Part shown: one piece after another, positions 37,416 through 47,253 of the stretch
Numbering within the stretch: the first letter of the stretch is position 1
How the letters are laid out: each line of letters opens with the position of its first letter
Assembly (NCBI GenBank): GCA_040756875.1
Contig: JBFLYH010000001.1
Coordinates: 960,001-1,024,000, forward strand
Origin: a candidate division FCPU426 bacterium
GTDB taxonomy: Bacteria > Oederibacteriota > JAAXVQ01 > JAUVAV01
Length of the DNA stretch: 64,000 nucleotides
Direction: 5' to 3'
The notes under the pieces: generated by a model
The model's input: the letters and a program-made list of their open reading frames with translations, nothing else
Told to the model about the DNA's origin: nothing
Database searches by the model: none
Translations under genes and position numbers: made by a program

Positions 37416-38661
37416 AGCGGATGGCCTCCACCGGATCCAGGCGCGAGGCTTGCCAGGCCGGATAGATCGTGGATACCAGGCACACCAGCAGGGTCAGACC
37501 GGCCACGAGCAAGATATCGCCGGCTTCCATCAGCACCGGAAGTTTTTCGATGTAGTACACCGATCCTCCGCCGGGAATGCGCAGGGGATATAATTTCAGG
37601 AATGTGCAGGTCAGCACGCCGCCCACCAGCCCCAGCAGCGTGCCCGTGCCCCCGATAAAAGCGCCTTCCCACATGAACAGCCGCTGGATGAATTTCTGGC
37701 TGGCGCCCATGGCTTTCAGGATGCCGATATCTTTCTTCTTCTGCATGACCACCATGATCAGGGTGGAGGCGATGTTGAAGGCCGCGACCATCACGATCAT
37801 GATCAAAATGACGAACATGACGATTTTTTCCGTGGCCAGGGCAGTGGCCAGATTGCGGTTCAGGGCCATGAAATCCCTGGCCCAGAAGTCCTGCCCCTCC
37901 TGTTGCAAGTCCTGAGCCACTCCTCGGGCCCGTTCCAAATCGTCCACTTTAACGGCCATGCCGTTGACAGTATCCGGCTGTTCAAACAACAACTGCGCCG
38001 TTTCCAGGGATACATAGGCGAACGTGGCGTCGTATTCATACATGCCCGCCTCGAAAATGCCCACGACCTGGAAGGTGGCCACTTTGGGCATGGTGCCCGC
38101 GGCCGTGACTTTAAACACCGGTGCCACGACCGTGACCAGGTCTCCCGGCAACAAACCCAGCTTGCGCGCCACTTCGATGCCGAGTATGACGCCCCGGCCG
38201 CGCAGGGGGTTGGCCGGATTTTTGCCGGCCTGGTTGAGTTTCTCGATCGATCCGCTCTTCAAATTGGCGGCCAGCTGGGTGACCTTGGCTTCACGCGCAG
38301 GGTCCACGCCCCATAGTATCGCGCCTTCGACATGGTGCTCGTTCTTGAACATTACTTGGTTGGATAGGAACGGCGACACGGCCACGACGTGCGGAAGCGC
38401 TTCCGCCTTTTTAAGGAGTTGCCGCCAATTGGCGATGCCGCCCTGGTCGAAACTGGCCACCATCACATGGGACTGCGAACCGATTATGCGGCGCCGGATA
38501 TCCGATTGAAACCCGTTCATGACCGACAAAACCACGATGAGGGCCATCACGCCCAAGGCCACGCCGGCCACGGAAATGACCGAAATCAGGGAGATGAAGG
38601 TCTCTTTTTGCTTGGCCTGCAGATAACGCAGGCCGATCAGCACTTCCGCGCCTCGCGGCAT
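37408..38661 (-). CDS. Lipoprotein-releasing ABC transporter permease (LolC/E family)
   Basis: ISVISVAGVALGVMALIVVLSVMNGF, VGIFEAGMYEYD, VAAFNIASTLIMVV, YPAWQASRLDPVEAIRYE. Confidence 0.92.
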   Translation of the reverse strand: MPRGAEVLIGLRYLQAKQKETFISLISVISVAGVALGVMALIVVLSVMNGFQSDIRRRIIGSQSHVMVASFDQGGIANWRQLLKKAEALPHVVAVSPFLSNQVMFKNEHHVEGAILWGVDPAREAKVTQLAANLKSGSIEKLNQAGKNPANPLRGRGVILGIEVARKLGLLPGDLVTVVAPVFKVTAAGTMPKVATFQVVGIFEAGMYEYDATFAYVSLETAQLLFEQPDTVNGMAVKVDDLERARGVAQDLQQEGQDFWARDFMALNRNLATALATEKIVMFVILIMIVMVAAFNIASTLIMVVMQKKKDIGILKAMGASQKFIQRLFMWEGAFIGGTGTLLGLVGGVLTCTFLKLYPLRIPGGGSVYYIEKLPVLMEAGDILLVAGLTLLVCLVSTIYPAWQASRLDPVEAIRYE

Positions 38662-38687
38662 CCGGACTCCTCGTTGATAAATCAATA

Positions 38688-38767
38688 CCCTCCCCCTCGA
38701 GGGAGGAGGGCGAGGGAGAGGGTGGGATTCGAGATCGAATTCCTCGCTCTCCCCTCAAGGGATGGGA
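38688..38767. repeat. C/G-rich REP-like palindromic element (inverted pair)
   Basis: CCCTCCCCCTCGAGGGAGGAGGG...GAGAGGGTG followed by a degenerate inverted copy CTCTCCCCTCAAGGGATGGG. Same family as 46170-46263. Confidence 0.65.
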
Positions 38768-38815
38768 AAATATTCAATTTTGACACCCAACCTTGTCCCG
38801 AGTTCACCTTTGGAC

Positions 38816-40333
38816 TTACGCTTGGACTTCGGTCGATTCCTGGTGTCCGATCGTTTCTTCGGGTATCTGGATTTGCCGCAGTTGGGGGAAAAGAATGACA
38901 TCCCGGATGGAGGGCGAATCAGTCAGCAACATGACCAGCCGGTCAATGCCGATGCCCAACCCGCCGGCCGGAGGCATGCCGTATTCCAGCGCCCGCAGAA
39001 AATCCTCGTCCAGCGTCTGGCCGGCTTCATCGGCCTTGGCCCGGCGGGCCAGTTGCCGTTCGAACCGCTGCCGCTGTTCCACCGGATCATTGAGCTCGGA
39101 GAATCCGTTGGCATACTCATGGCCGGCGATGTACGGTTCGAAGCGGTCGGCCACATCCGGCTGGCCGGCTTTGGCTTTGGCCAGAGGTGAAATTTCCACC
39201 GGGAAATCGACGATGAACGTGGGTTGCACCAGGGTCGGCGTAACCAAATGGTCGAACAGCACTTCCACCAGTTCGCCTTTGTCTTCGGCGCCCGCGGTAT
39301 CCAAGCCCCGCTCCCGGCAAATCTGCTTCAACTGTTCCGGCGTCTGGCTCCAGACTTCCAAACCCACGGCTTGGCTGACGGCCTCCAGGTAACCCAACCG
39401 CTTCCAGGGTGGCGTTAAATCCAGCGTCTGCCCCTGATATGGAATTTTCAATCCGCCGCACACGGTCTGGGCCAGATGGGCGAAGAGCGCCTCGGCCAAT
39501 TCCATCATCGCCTGGCCGTTCACGAAGGCTTGGTAAACCTCCAGCATCGTGAATTCCGGGTTGTGCATGGTACTCAGTCCTTCGTTGCGGAAATTGCGGT
39601 TCAACTCGAAAACTTTTTCGAATCCCGCCACCAGCATGCGTTTGAGGTACAGTTCCGGCGCCACCCGCAGATAAAGGTCCCGGTCCAGGGCATTGTGATG
39701 GGTCTTAAACGGCCGGGCGGCCGCTCCGCCGGGGATGGGCTGCATCATCGGCGTTTCGACCTCGACGAATCCCCGCTGGTCCAGGAATTGACGGATCGCC
39801 TTGACGATGCGGAAGCGGGCCTGGAACACCTGCTTGACCTGGGGATTGGCGATCAGATCCAGGTAACGCTGCCGGTAGCGGGCTTCCACGTCCTTGAGTC
39901 CGTGCCATTTTTCAGGCAAAGGCCGCAGGGCTTTGGCCAGAAGCGTGAATTCATCCACCCGGACCGTCAATTCGCCTGTGCGCGTGCGGAACACCGGGCC
40001 TTTCACACCCAGAAAATCGCCGATATCCAGGTGCTTCACGATCTCGAAGCGCTCGGGCCCCAGGGCATCCGCCCTGAAATACAACTGGAGCTGCCCGCTG
40101 TCGTCCTGCAAGTGGGCAAACACGGTCTTGCCGTGCCCGCGGTAGGATTTGAGACGGCCGGCGCACGACACGGCCTGTTCGGAAAATGCCTCTCCCTGCA
40201 ACTCCGCATGGTCCGTCAGCACTTGCGCAGCAGCATGGGTGCGGTCATAGGCGTATGCGTAAGGCTCCACGCCCGTGGAGCGCAAAGACCGGATTTTTTC
40301 CAGGCGTTGTTGGATGATTTCCTTCTCGGACAC
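38816..40333 (-). CDS. lysS: Lysine--tRNA ligase (class II)
   Basis: RPLPEKWHGL, RYRQRYLDLI, EVETPMM, GGAAARPFKTHHNAL, RNFRNEG, EYGMPPAGGLGIGIDRL. Confidence 0.98.
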   Translation of the reverse strand: MSEKEIIQQRLEKIRSLRSTGVEPYAYAYDRTHAAAQVLTDHAELQGEAFSEQAVSCAGRLKSYRGHGKTVFAHLQDDSGQLQLYFRADALGPERFEIVKHLDIGDFLGVKGPVFRTRTGELTVRVDEFTLLAKALRPLPEKWHGLKDVEARYRQRYLDLIANPQVKQVFQARFRIVKAIRQFLDQRGFVEVETPMMQPIPGGAAARPFKTHHNALDRDLYLRVAPELYLKRMLVAGFEKVFELNRNFRNEGLSTMHNPEFTMLEVYQAFVNGQAMMELAEALFAHLAQTVCGGLKIPYQGQTLDLTPPWKRLGYLEAVSQAVGLEVWSQTPEQLKQICRERGLDTAGAEDKGELVEVLFDHLVTPTLVQPTFIVDFPVEISPLAKAKAGQPDVADRFEPYIAGHEYANGFSELNDPVEQRQRFERQLARRAKADEAGQTLDEDFLRALEYGMPPAGGLGIGIDRLVMLLTDSPSIRDVILFPQLRQIQIPEETIGHQESTEVQA

Positions 40334-40387
40334 TGGCTTCTCTCCTCGGAAGATGCTGAAATAGAGCCGGGTTTCAAGTAGGGCGTT

Positions 40388-40417
40388 AGTCTAACAGCGT
40401 GACGCAGAGGTTGTCAA
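40388..40417 (-). promoter_or_regulatory. Sigma70-type promoter for lysS
   Basis: Minus strand TTGACA-18 nt-TAGACT with extended -10 (TGT-TAGACT). Confidence 0.6.
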
Positions 40418-40435
40418 TTTGATAAAAGCGGGCGT

Positions 40436-41977
40436 TTAGGAAGGCGTTTCTTCCAATTTGCTTTCCGTGCCCACGGTCCGGGACAACGCCGCCCTGGCCT
40501 GCAAGTTATGGCGGCTGTAAAACTTCCGATGGTGATGCCCAAATCCGGCTAAAAACATACCCGTGCGCAGGTTGCGGAAGGAATGCTTCAAAATCCACCC
40601 GAACAACTCCCAAAAATACCGCCGTTCGCCCGAGAGCACGCCCAAATGCCATATCATGCGGAAGAGCAGTTCCGGCCTGAACCGCAGCGGCTTTTCCGGC
40701 AGCGCGTGCTTGTATTGCAGCAGGAACCTCTTCAAGCGCGGATAGTAATTCTCCGGAGCATAAATGGTGTCGGTGATTTTTTCGAAGCCCGCCTGCAGCG
40801 CCTCTGCCGGCATGCGGGGCGTAAAGTTCAGCTCATGGTCCGAAGTGTCGCCGGTGAAGCCTGACAACAACCGGCCCTCGGCGCGCAGCCTTTTTTCCAT
40901 GCGCGTGCCGGGAATGGCCTTGAGCGTCGAAATCTGGGCCGTGACCACCGGCGCTTCCTGGATAAACGCGATCTGGCGGTCGAAAATGTCGGGCGGATCC
41001 TGGTCAAACCCCACCATGAAACCGCCCTGCACCTGCAATCCGGCGGCATGGCACTTGCGCACGCATTCCACCAGGTCGCGGTTGGCGTTGTTGTGTTTGT
41101 TGCATTCCTTCAGGCTGTCTTCGTGAATGGTTTCAATGCCCAAAAAGGCGTGGTTAAAACCCGCTTGGGTCATGAGACGCAGCAAGACGTCGTCGTCCGC
41201 GATATTGACCGAAGCCTGGGTGTAGAAATTGAAGGGATAACCGTGCCGTTCCTGCCAGGCAACGATCGCCGGCAGCACCTCGGCCTTTAAAGCGGCTTTG
41301 TTGCCGATGAAGTTATCATCCACGAAAAGGATCGGTTCCCGCCAGCCCAGGGAGTACAGCAGGTCCAGTTCGGCGATGATCTGCCCCACCTGCTTGGTCC
41401 GCGACCGCTGGCCGTAAAGCTTGATGACATCGCAGAACTCGCACGAAAACGGGCAGCCGCGCGAATACTGGATGCTCATCATAAAATAATGCTGGCGGTC
41501 CACCAGGTCCCAGCGCGGCACAGGCGTTTGGGCGAGATCCGCCCAGTCCGTGGTAGTGTACAGGGGCTTGGCCTGGCCGCGCTGAAAGTCGTCCAAAAAG
41601 GGCTGGAGCGTGATTTCCGCCTCGTTCAGCACGTAGTGGTCCACGCCCGGATATTTTTCATGTTCGCTGGTGAACAGCGCGCCGCCGGCCACCAGGGTCT
41701 TGCCCAGACGCTTGACGCGCATGATCACTTCCCGCGCGGAAATCTGCTGCGCGTGCGTGGCGCTGAGAAAGACTGCGTCCGCCCATTGAATGTCCCGGTC
41801 GGACAGCGGCGCCAGATTGAGGTCGCGCAGCCGGAGCGTCCAGTCCTTGGGCAGCATGGCCGCCACGGTGATGAGGCCCAATGGCGTGGTGGGGGCCTTT
41901 TTCGAGAGGATCCACAGCACGTCCGTGTAGCTCCAAAACGATTCGCGGTAACGGGGATGCACCAGCAAAACTTTCAT
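40436..41977 (-). CDS. B12-binding-domain radical SAM protein (DUF4070-type), substrate unknown
   Basis: [57 protein letters not shown]. Confidence 0.88.
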   Translation of the reverse strand: MKVLLVHPRYRESFWSYTDVLWILSKKAPTTPLGLITVAAMLPKDWTLRLRDLNLAPLSDRDIQWADAVFLSATHAQQISAREVIMRVKRLGKTLVAGGALFTSEHEKYPGVDHYVLNEAEITLQPFLDDFQRGQAKPLYTTTDWADLAQTPVPRWDLVDRQHYFMMSIQYSRGCPFSCEFCDVIKLYGQRSRTKQVGQIIAELDLLYSLGWREPILFVDDNFIGNKAALKAEVLPAIVAWQERHGYPFNFYTQASVNIADDDVLLRLMTQAGFNHAFLGIETIHEDSLKECNKHNNANRDLVECVRKCHAAGLQVQGGFMVGFDQDPPDIFDRQIAFIQEAPVVTAQISTLKAIPGTRMEKRLRAEGRLLSGFTGDTSDHELNFTPRMPAEALQAGFEKITDTIYAPENYYPRLKRFLLQYKHALPEKPLRFRPELLFRMIWHLGVLSGERRYFWELFGWILKHSFRNLRTGMFLAGFGHHHRKFYSRHNLQARAALSRTVGTESKLEETPS

Positions 41978-42059
41978 TCTTCCCGGCCTTTCTGAGCAAT
42001 CATTCGAATTAATTTCATTTTTATATATTTCTTTTGAAAATGCAAGACAGGACTAGTGT

Positions 42060-45000
42060 TTAGAACTGCACACTGCAATTCAGGTTGATCTCTGTGGCCG
42101 AACTATTCGGTGAAACGGTCCGGCTGTTCTGCGCTTGCAGGGAGAGTGCAAGCATTTCCAAGGGCGTATAACTCAAAACCGCCGTGTACGCTTCCTGCCA
42201 GGTTTCCAATGCCCCCCAGGATTTGGCCCATTTGGCATTGGCCTCGAGGCGAAACCGGTCCTGTCTCCAAACCGCGCCGGCGCCCGGTGCAGCAGTATGG
42301 ATGATGCCAGCTTGTCCGGAAAGATCCTCATTGCGGTTGTAGGTACCTTCCGTTGAGATGGAAAACGCCTCGGTCAATTGAAATGTTATTTTGGCCATTC
42401 CCGTGTCCTGCCTGGTTCTGATAAAACCATAACTATTCAATAAATTGTACTGATCGGTCGTCTGGCCGGTGGAAGTAATGGGGTAGGCCGTGCGGGTCAC
42501 GGACTGGGGGCTGCTGCCATGCTGGTCGCGCAGGTCCAAGGCATAGTTCCCTTCCAGTCGCAAAGTTTGGTCCAGGGAAGATCGCAGACCCATTCCAAAT
42601 GTCCGGTGACGCCCTGACAACCGGTCATCCGCATTGGCTGCGAGATTGAAGTTTAGTTTATAATATTGTTCGTAAGCAGCTGTGGCTTCTCCTGCCAGCA
42701 AATTGGACCAAGCCATCCGGCAGGCGTAGGAAGCGGCGCGCGTTTCCTGCTCGGTTTGCCGGCGCAAATCAGGGTCCGTGGAATCAGCCAGCCAATATAA
42801 ATCACGTTTCAACTCCAATTCATGCGTCAGGGGGATGACCATTGCCCATTTGGTGGCCACAAGGTCCAGACGGTTGAGATTCAACGTCCGGCCGCTGTCA
42901 GCCACCGTGGTCCAACGCAGGCTGGGCGTGGTTCGCAGGGACCAGAAAGCCCAGGGCAGAAGCTCCAGTTGACCGGCTGCGGTTTGAGTGTAAACCGCGC
43001 GGTATTCAGAACCGAGCAAACTTTGCAGCGTTTCCCAGGCGTACTTGGCGTCCAGGCGGATCGCATCCACTGGCACAGCCCGGAGTTTGGAGTCTAAGGT
43101 TTGAGTAGACCCGTACTGTTCATCCCATACCCAGCGGTTGTCTACCGTAAGACTGTAGCGCTCCCAGGGCGTCAGTGAACCCGTAGTTTGAGCTTTGGTC
43201 ACCCGGTACACTGCGGCCGTTGTCAGGCTGGACCCTTCGCTGGAAACCACCTGATGTTCCAGTGAGGCGGACAGGTTCGCCCAACGGATATTCTGGGTTC
43301 CCGCCGACAAGACCAGGCTGCGGGTAAGGGCTGACCCGCGGTCCGCGAGCTCACCCAGGCGTTGCTCCTGTTCGCCACGCACGCCCGCGTTCCAATACTC
43401 CTGGCTGACTTCCAGCACGCCGGTATGGCGGCGCGTGACGTAATTCCGCCTGAGCGGTGATAAAGCCTGGCCGCGCTCCAGCAACTGAAAATACTGATAT
43501 CCCACACCCGACCAGGGTAAAGGTCTTATGCCGGCTTTGACCAGCGCCTGCTCCGTAGTTTGACGGAAGCCCTCCAGAACTTGTTCCTTGAAATCATAGT
43601 TACCGCCGCCTGAATATGGGCCCCCGGTTTTCACATCCACCTCACCGCCGAAATTCAACAAGTCAACCCCTTCATCCAATCCCCCGATCATATGAAACCC
43701 GGGCAAGGTGCGGCGATAATACCCGTTCAAGCCGATTGGTCCCACGCTGCCTGAGAGCCTGGTCTGGCCTGCCTGACCCTGTTCCGCATCCGGCAGACGA
43801 CGGTCGCTTTGAAAACGACTTCCTGCCCACTCCGCGGACCATGTTCCGAACTCCGGCCATTCCGCCTGCAAGTCGCATCCAACCACCCAATGATTGACGG
43901 GAGTCAGCGTATTGCCGCCGGCTAGCGCAACGGTTTCCACGTTGGCCGGATCCTCCTCATGAGCCGCACTGGCGCCAAGCCTAATCCTTTCCGTCGGTTT
44001 GGCCCAGACACGGCCAGCGTATAAACTACGGCTGTATACGGTTTGCCTGGATTCATAGGTCACTTCAACTAAACTGATGTCATCCACACTACTCTTCAGA
44101 AACTTCACCTGCCCCGTATAATAATCCAACGTGTAATCCTCACCCCGCGTCAGCGGCCGTTTGTTCAAACGCACGGTCTCCGACCCAAAAACCACGGGCG
44201 CAGACCCGAGCGCATACGGCCCCTGGGTCCGGTTACCGTAAAAACGTTCATACCTGGCCACGCCCTTGGCGGCCGCAGCCATGGCCACGCCGCCCACGTT
44301 TCCGAAGTCAGCGGAAAACCGCCCGCCGGAAAGCGACCGGTCACGGAGCAAAAATTGGGTATCAGGCAGCAGGGCTGTGAAATCACCCAAGAATAACTCC
44401 ATATGATCCGTGGCCAATTTGAGCGAATAAGTGCTTTCCAGCTCCTGGTCAGACTGGTAAAAATCGCCCTCCACCTTGACCGTGTTCTCCAGCTGACCGG
44501 CCAGCTTCAAATGCAAAGACTCCTGCCGCGTGTATCCGGACGAAAAATAATACGGAGCCACTCCGCCCCGGTACTCCCGATAATTAAAATTGATATTTTT
44601 GCGTCCCGTTATCTTCAGTTCTGATCCGGCCAGGCTCGCACCCTGGGCCTCGACCCAAGGAACCCGCACTTCGCTTTCGGCTGCCGGGGTCACCGGCCAG
44701 GCGGCACCCGGAGCAGACGCAGGTCCTGCGGCTTTACCGGTTTCCGTCGGCGGCTCCAAGGCCACGACCTGCGCGCCCGCTTCCGTTTCTTCCCGCAAAG
44801 CCTGGAGTTCGGAAATGTCGCGGACTGATTTAACCTTTTCAAGCACTTCCAGACCGGGAATGATGATGGTGTCACCGGGAAAGATCAAATTAGGATCGCC
44901 GAAGTAATTGTATTTAAGCAGTTCAGGCCAGAGAAAAGGATTTTTCAAAACCCATTTGGAAATGTCCCACAGGGTATCGCCAGGCCTGACCGTGTATGAG

Positions 45001-45167
45001 AAGAGGATTTTTTCCCGGGTTTGCGCCACGGGCGTGGTGCCAACGGGTTCCAGCAGCATGGGATCACCGGGCAGCGCTTTAGCAAAAGCCGGCGCGAAAA
45101 GAAAAAGGCAAACCATCAAAGACGCATAGAACGTTAAAATTGTCTTAATAAATATTTTTTTGACCAT
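42060..45167 (-). CDS. LysM-domain outer-membrane beta-barrel protein with SprA-like motifs
   Basis: Signal peptide (APAFA), LysM (YTVRPGDTLWDISK...PNLIFPGDTIIIP), GSETVRLNKRPLTRGEDYTLDYYTGQVKF, long amphipathic beta-strand region and terminal Phe. Confidence 0.6.
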   Translation of the reverse strand: MVKKIFIKTILTFYASLMVCLFLFAPAFAKALPGDPMLLEPVGTTPVAQTREKILFSYTVRPGDTLWDISKWVLKNPFLWPELLKYNYFGDPNLIFPGDTIIIPGLEVLEKVKSVRDISELQALREETEAGAQVVALEPPTETGKAAGPASAPGAAWPVTPAAESEVRVPWVEAQGASLAGSELKITGRKNINFNYREYRGGVAPYYFSSGYTRQESLHLKLAGQLENTVKVEGDFYQSDQELESTYSLKLATDHMELFLGDFTALLPDTQFLLRDRSLSGGRFSADFGNVGGVAMAAAAKGVARYERFYGNRTQGPYALGSAPVVFGSETVRLNKRPLTRGEDYTLDYYTGQVKFLKSSVDDISLVEVTYESRQTVYSRSLYAGRVWAKPTERIRLGASAAHEEDPANVETVALAGGNTLTPVNHWVVGCDLQAEWPEFGTWSAEWAGSRFQSDRRLPDAEQGQAGQTRLSGSVGPIGLNGYYRRTLPGFHMIGGLDEGVDLLNFGGEVDVKTGGPYSGGGNYDFKEQVLEGFRQTTEQALVKAGIRPLPWSGVGYQYFQLLERGQALSPLRRNYVTRRHTGVLEVSQEYWNAGVRGEQEQRLGELADRGSALTRSLVLSAGTQNIRWANLSASLEHQVVSSEGSSLTTAAVYRVTKAQTTGSLTPWERYSLTVDNRWVWDEQYGSTQTLDSKLRAVPVDAIRLDAKYAWETLQSLLGSEYRAVYTQTAAGQLELLPWAFWSLRTTPSLRWTTVADSGRTLNLNRLDLVATKWAMVIPLTHELELKRDLYWLADSTDPDLRRQTEQETRAASYACRMAWSNLLAGEATAAYEQYYKLNFNLAANADDRLSGRHRTFGMGLRSSLDQTLRLEGNYALDLRDQHGSSPQSVTRTAYPITSTGQTTDQYNLLNSYGFIRTRQDTGMAKITFQLTEAFSISTEGTYNRNEDLSGQAGIIHTAAPGAGAVWRQDRFRLEANAKWAKSWGALETWQEAYTAVLSYTPLEMLALSLQAQNSRTVSPNSSATEINLNCSVQF

Positions 45168-45208
45168 CGCTCGCTCTTGATATTCTATGGTTGATCTCAA
45201 TGCATCCT

Positions 45209-46147
45209 TTATAGTCTTATCTTGTACTTCAGCAGGCGGCTGTTTCCTGTGTCTGCGACCCATAGATTCCCGTCCGCATCCGCAGCCACGCCCATCGGCC
45301 CTCTCATTTCCGGTTCCCGCACTTCCCTCACCCAGCGGCCGTCCGCCGCAAATACCGCCACCCGGTCATGGCCAGTATCCGCCACGAAAACGAGCCCGCT
45401 GGCCATAGTCATGGCTTGCGGTTCCTGCAACTCACACTTCGGATCGTCGGTTTGGCCGAAACTGCCGAGATAATCTCCCTGATCATTGTAATGCTGGATG
45501 CGGTGGTTGCCCGCTTCCAGCACGAACAGATGTGTGGGCGTGTCCATGCAAACAGCCGCAGGCCGGCGCATAAAGCCAAAGGAAGTTCCAAAAGCGCTGT
45601 AATTCATTTGCCAAAATCCATACCGGTCTAATCTCTGCACCCGGTCGTTTTCCGAGTCAGCCACATACAGATAACCCCAGGAATCCCACGCCAACCCGGC
45701 AGGCCGGTTGAATTGTCCAATGCCGCTGCCTTGAGTTCCAAAACAGCGCAGAAAAGCACCTTGAGTATTGAACACCTGAATACGGTGGTTTAATTGATCG
45801 GACACGGCCAGTACCTGACCGTCACAGGCCAGGGCTACGGGTTCATTAAACTCGCCCGCGCCCATTCCAAACCGCCCGAATTGGAAAAGGTAATCACCGG
45901 CAGTGTTGAAAACCTGGATGCGCTGGTTTCCCGTGTCAGCCACATACAGACGGCCTCCAGTCTCCGGCGACAAGGCCAAGCCGGTAGGCTGCAAAAAGTG
46001 CCCTGGCCCGCTTCCCGCCCGGCCGATGCTCGTAATAAATTCGACGCCGATTTCCGCCAGTGGTAGTGTGCTTTTCCCCGGTTTGCCCTCCAGTTGGGCG
46101 CAACCGCAGATACAAAGAAGCGCTATGAGAACGAACTGTGATTTCAT
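45209..46147 (-). CDS. NHL-repeat (6-bladed beta-propeller) lipoprotein
   Basis: Short signal ending CICG-C and six repeats of F..P.G.A.....LYVADTGN.RIQ.F. Confidence 0.88.
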   Translation of the reverse strand: MKSQFVLIALLCICGCAQLEGKPGKSTLPLAEIGVEFITSIGRAGSGPGHFLQPTGLALSPETGGRLYVADTGNQRIQVFNTAGDYLFQFGRFGMGAGEFNEPVALACDGQVLAVSDQLNHRIQVFNTQGAFLRCFGTQGSGIGQFNRPAGLAWDSWGYLYVADSENDRVQRLDRYGFWQMNYSAFGTSFGFMRRPAAVCMDTPTHLFVLEAGNHRIQHYNDQGDYLGSFGQTDDPKCELQEPQAMTMASGLVFVADTGHDRVAVFAADGRWVREVREPEMRGPMGVAADADGNLWVADTGNSRLLKYKIRL

Positions 46148-46169
46148 CGTTCCATCCAGCCTTAAGGAT

Positions 46170-46263
46170 TCCCCTCCCCCTTGAGGGGGAGGAGTGGGGA
46201 GAGGGTGAAATAAAGAAGCAGGTTACACCCTCCCCTTCATCCCCTCCCCTCAAGGGAGGGGGA
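46170..46263. repeat. C/G-rich REP-like palindromic element (inverted pair)
   Basis: CCCCTCCCCCTTGAGGGGGAGG...GAGAGGGTG-spacer-CACCCTCCCC...CCCCTCCCCTCAAGGGAGGGGG fills the intergenic gap. Confidence 0.7.
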
Positions 46264-46272
46264 TATTGTTTT

Positions 46273-47241
46273 TTAAAACTCTACTTTCACGGTGATCCTG
46301 TTCGCGTCGTACAGCACGCCGCCTAAAATAGCTGCATAGTCCACGGTCACTGCCTCCCATGTGAAGCTCGCTCCAAGATTCGCATGATCCGCGTCCCAGC
46401 CGGCGCGCAAGGTCAAAGGGCCATAGATGGTATATTCAGCGCCCAAGCGTCCGCGCAAACGGTCGCTTTGATCCAGCCGTCGGGAAACCCCTCCGCCAAT
46501 TCGCAGCGGCAGCTCAGGAGGCTGCCAAGCGCAGCCGAGAGACACAAGCGGCCTGCCTGTTTCCTCAGCATAGGGCTTCCGCCAAGCATGCCATCCTCCG
46601 CTTACCTGCCGGGCCGAAGCGGCGACCGCCAGCTCGGGCAAAACCTGCCACCTCAGGCCAACAACTCCATCCCAACCCCAGGCAAAATCCTCGCCCAGGT
46701 GCAGATAAATCACCTGTGCCTCCGCGCCAACGCTCATTCCGCCTTCTAAAGGCGCGCCCCATGCTAATCCCCAGGCCGAGTCCACCCGGGTATCGTACTT
46801 AAGCTCCCAGGCCTGCTGGTTGGTTAAAGGATCAATGACCGGGGTGCCGTCAGGATTGAATAAAAGACGCTGATAGGTCTGGTTTTGGGTGATCAGCTGG
46901 TCGAACCGCACACCCAGCCCACCCCCGAAAAGAGGAGACGTGAAAAGGATTTGATAGGCATAGGCATCGTAACGAAGCCTGGCCTGGCTGAGCAGGAGGG
47001 AGCATTCGCGCGCTTGGGCTGAGGAAGTATTGCCCTCAATTTGAACTGGAGAGGAAGTCCGGAGCAACCCTAAGGCCGCGGGATTTCGGGAAGAAGGATA
47101 CTCCTCCCATGCTTCAGTAGCTGCACCGGCGCCCAGTGATTGGGCGTGAATGTTCAAGGAAGTCACTTCCAGATCAGCGGCAAAACCAGAACCTGCAAAG
47201 GAAAGAATCGCAATCAGCGGAAAGAGCAAGCGCTTGGGCAT
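46273..47241 (-). CDS. PorV/PorQ(FadL)-like outer-membrane beta-barrel protein
   Basis: Signal peptide, AQSLGAGAA...NPAALG N-terminal motif typical of PorV-family barrels, RLGAEY...LTLRAGW...LGASF...VDYA and terminal Phe. Confidence 0.62.
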   Translation of the reverse strand: MPKRLLFPLIAILSFAGSGFAADLEVTSLNIHAQSLGAGAATEAWEEYPSSRNPAALGLLRTSSPVQIEGNTSSAQARECSLLLSQARLRYDAYAYQILFTSPLFGGGLGVRFDQLITQNQTYQRLLFNPDGTPVIDPLTNQQAWELKYDTRVDSAWGLAWGAPLEGGMSVGAEAQVIYLHLGEDFAWGWDGVVGLRWQVLPELAVAASARQVSGGWHAWRKPYAEETGRPLVSLGCAWQPPELPLRIGGGVSRRLDQSDRLRGRLGAEYTIYGPLTLRAGWDADHANLGASFTWEAVTVDYAAILGGVLYDANRITVKVEF

Positions 47242-47253
47242 GGAGTTATTCTA

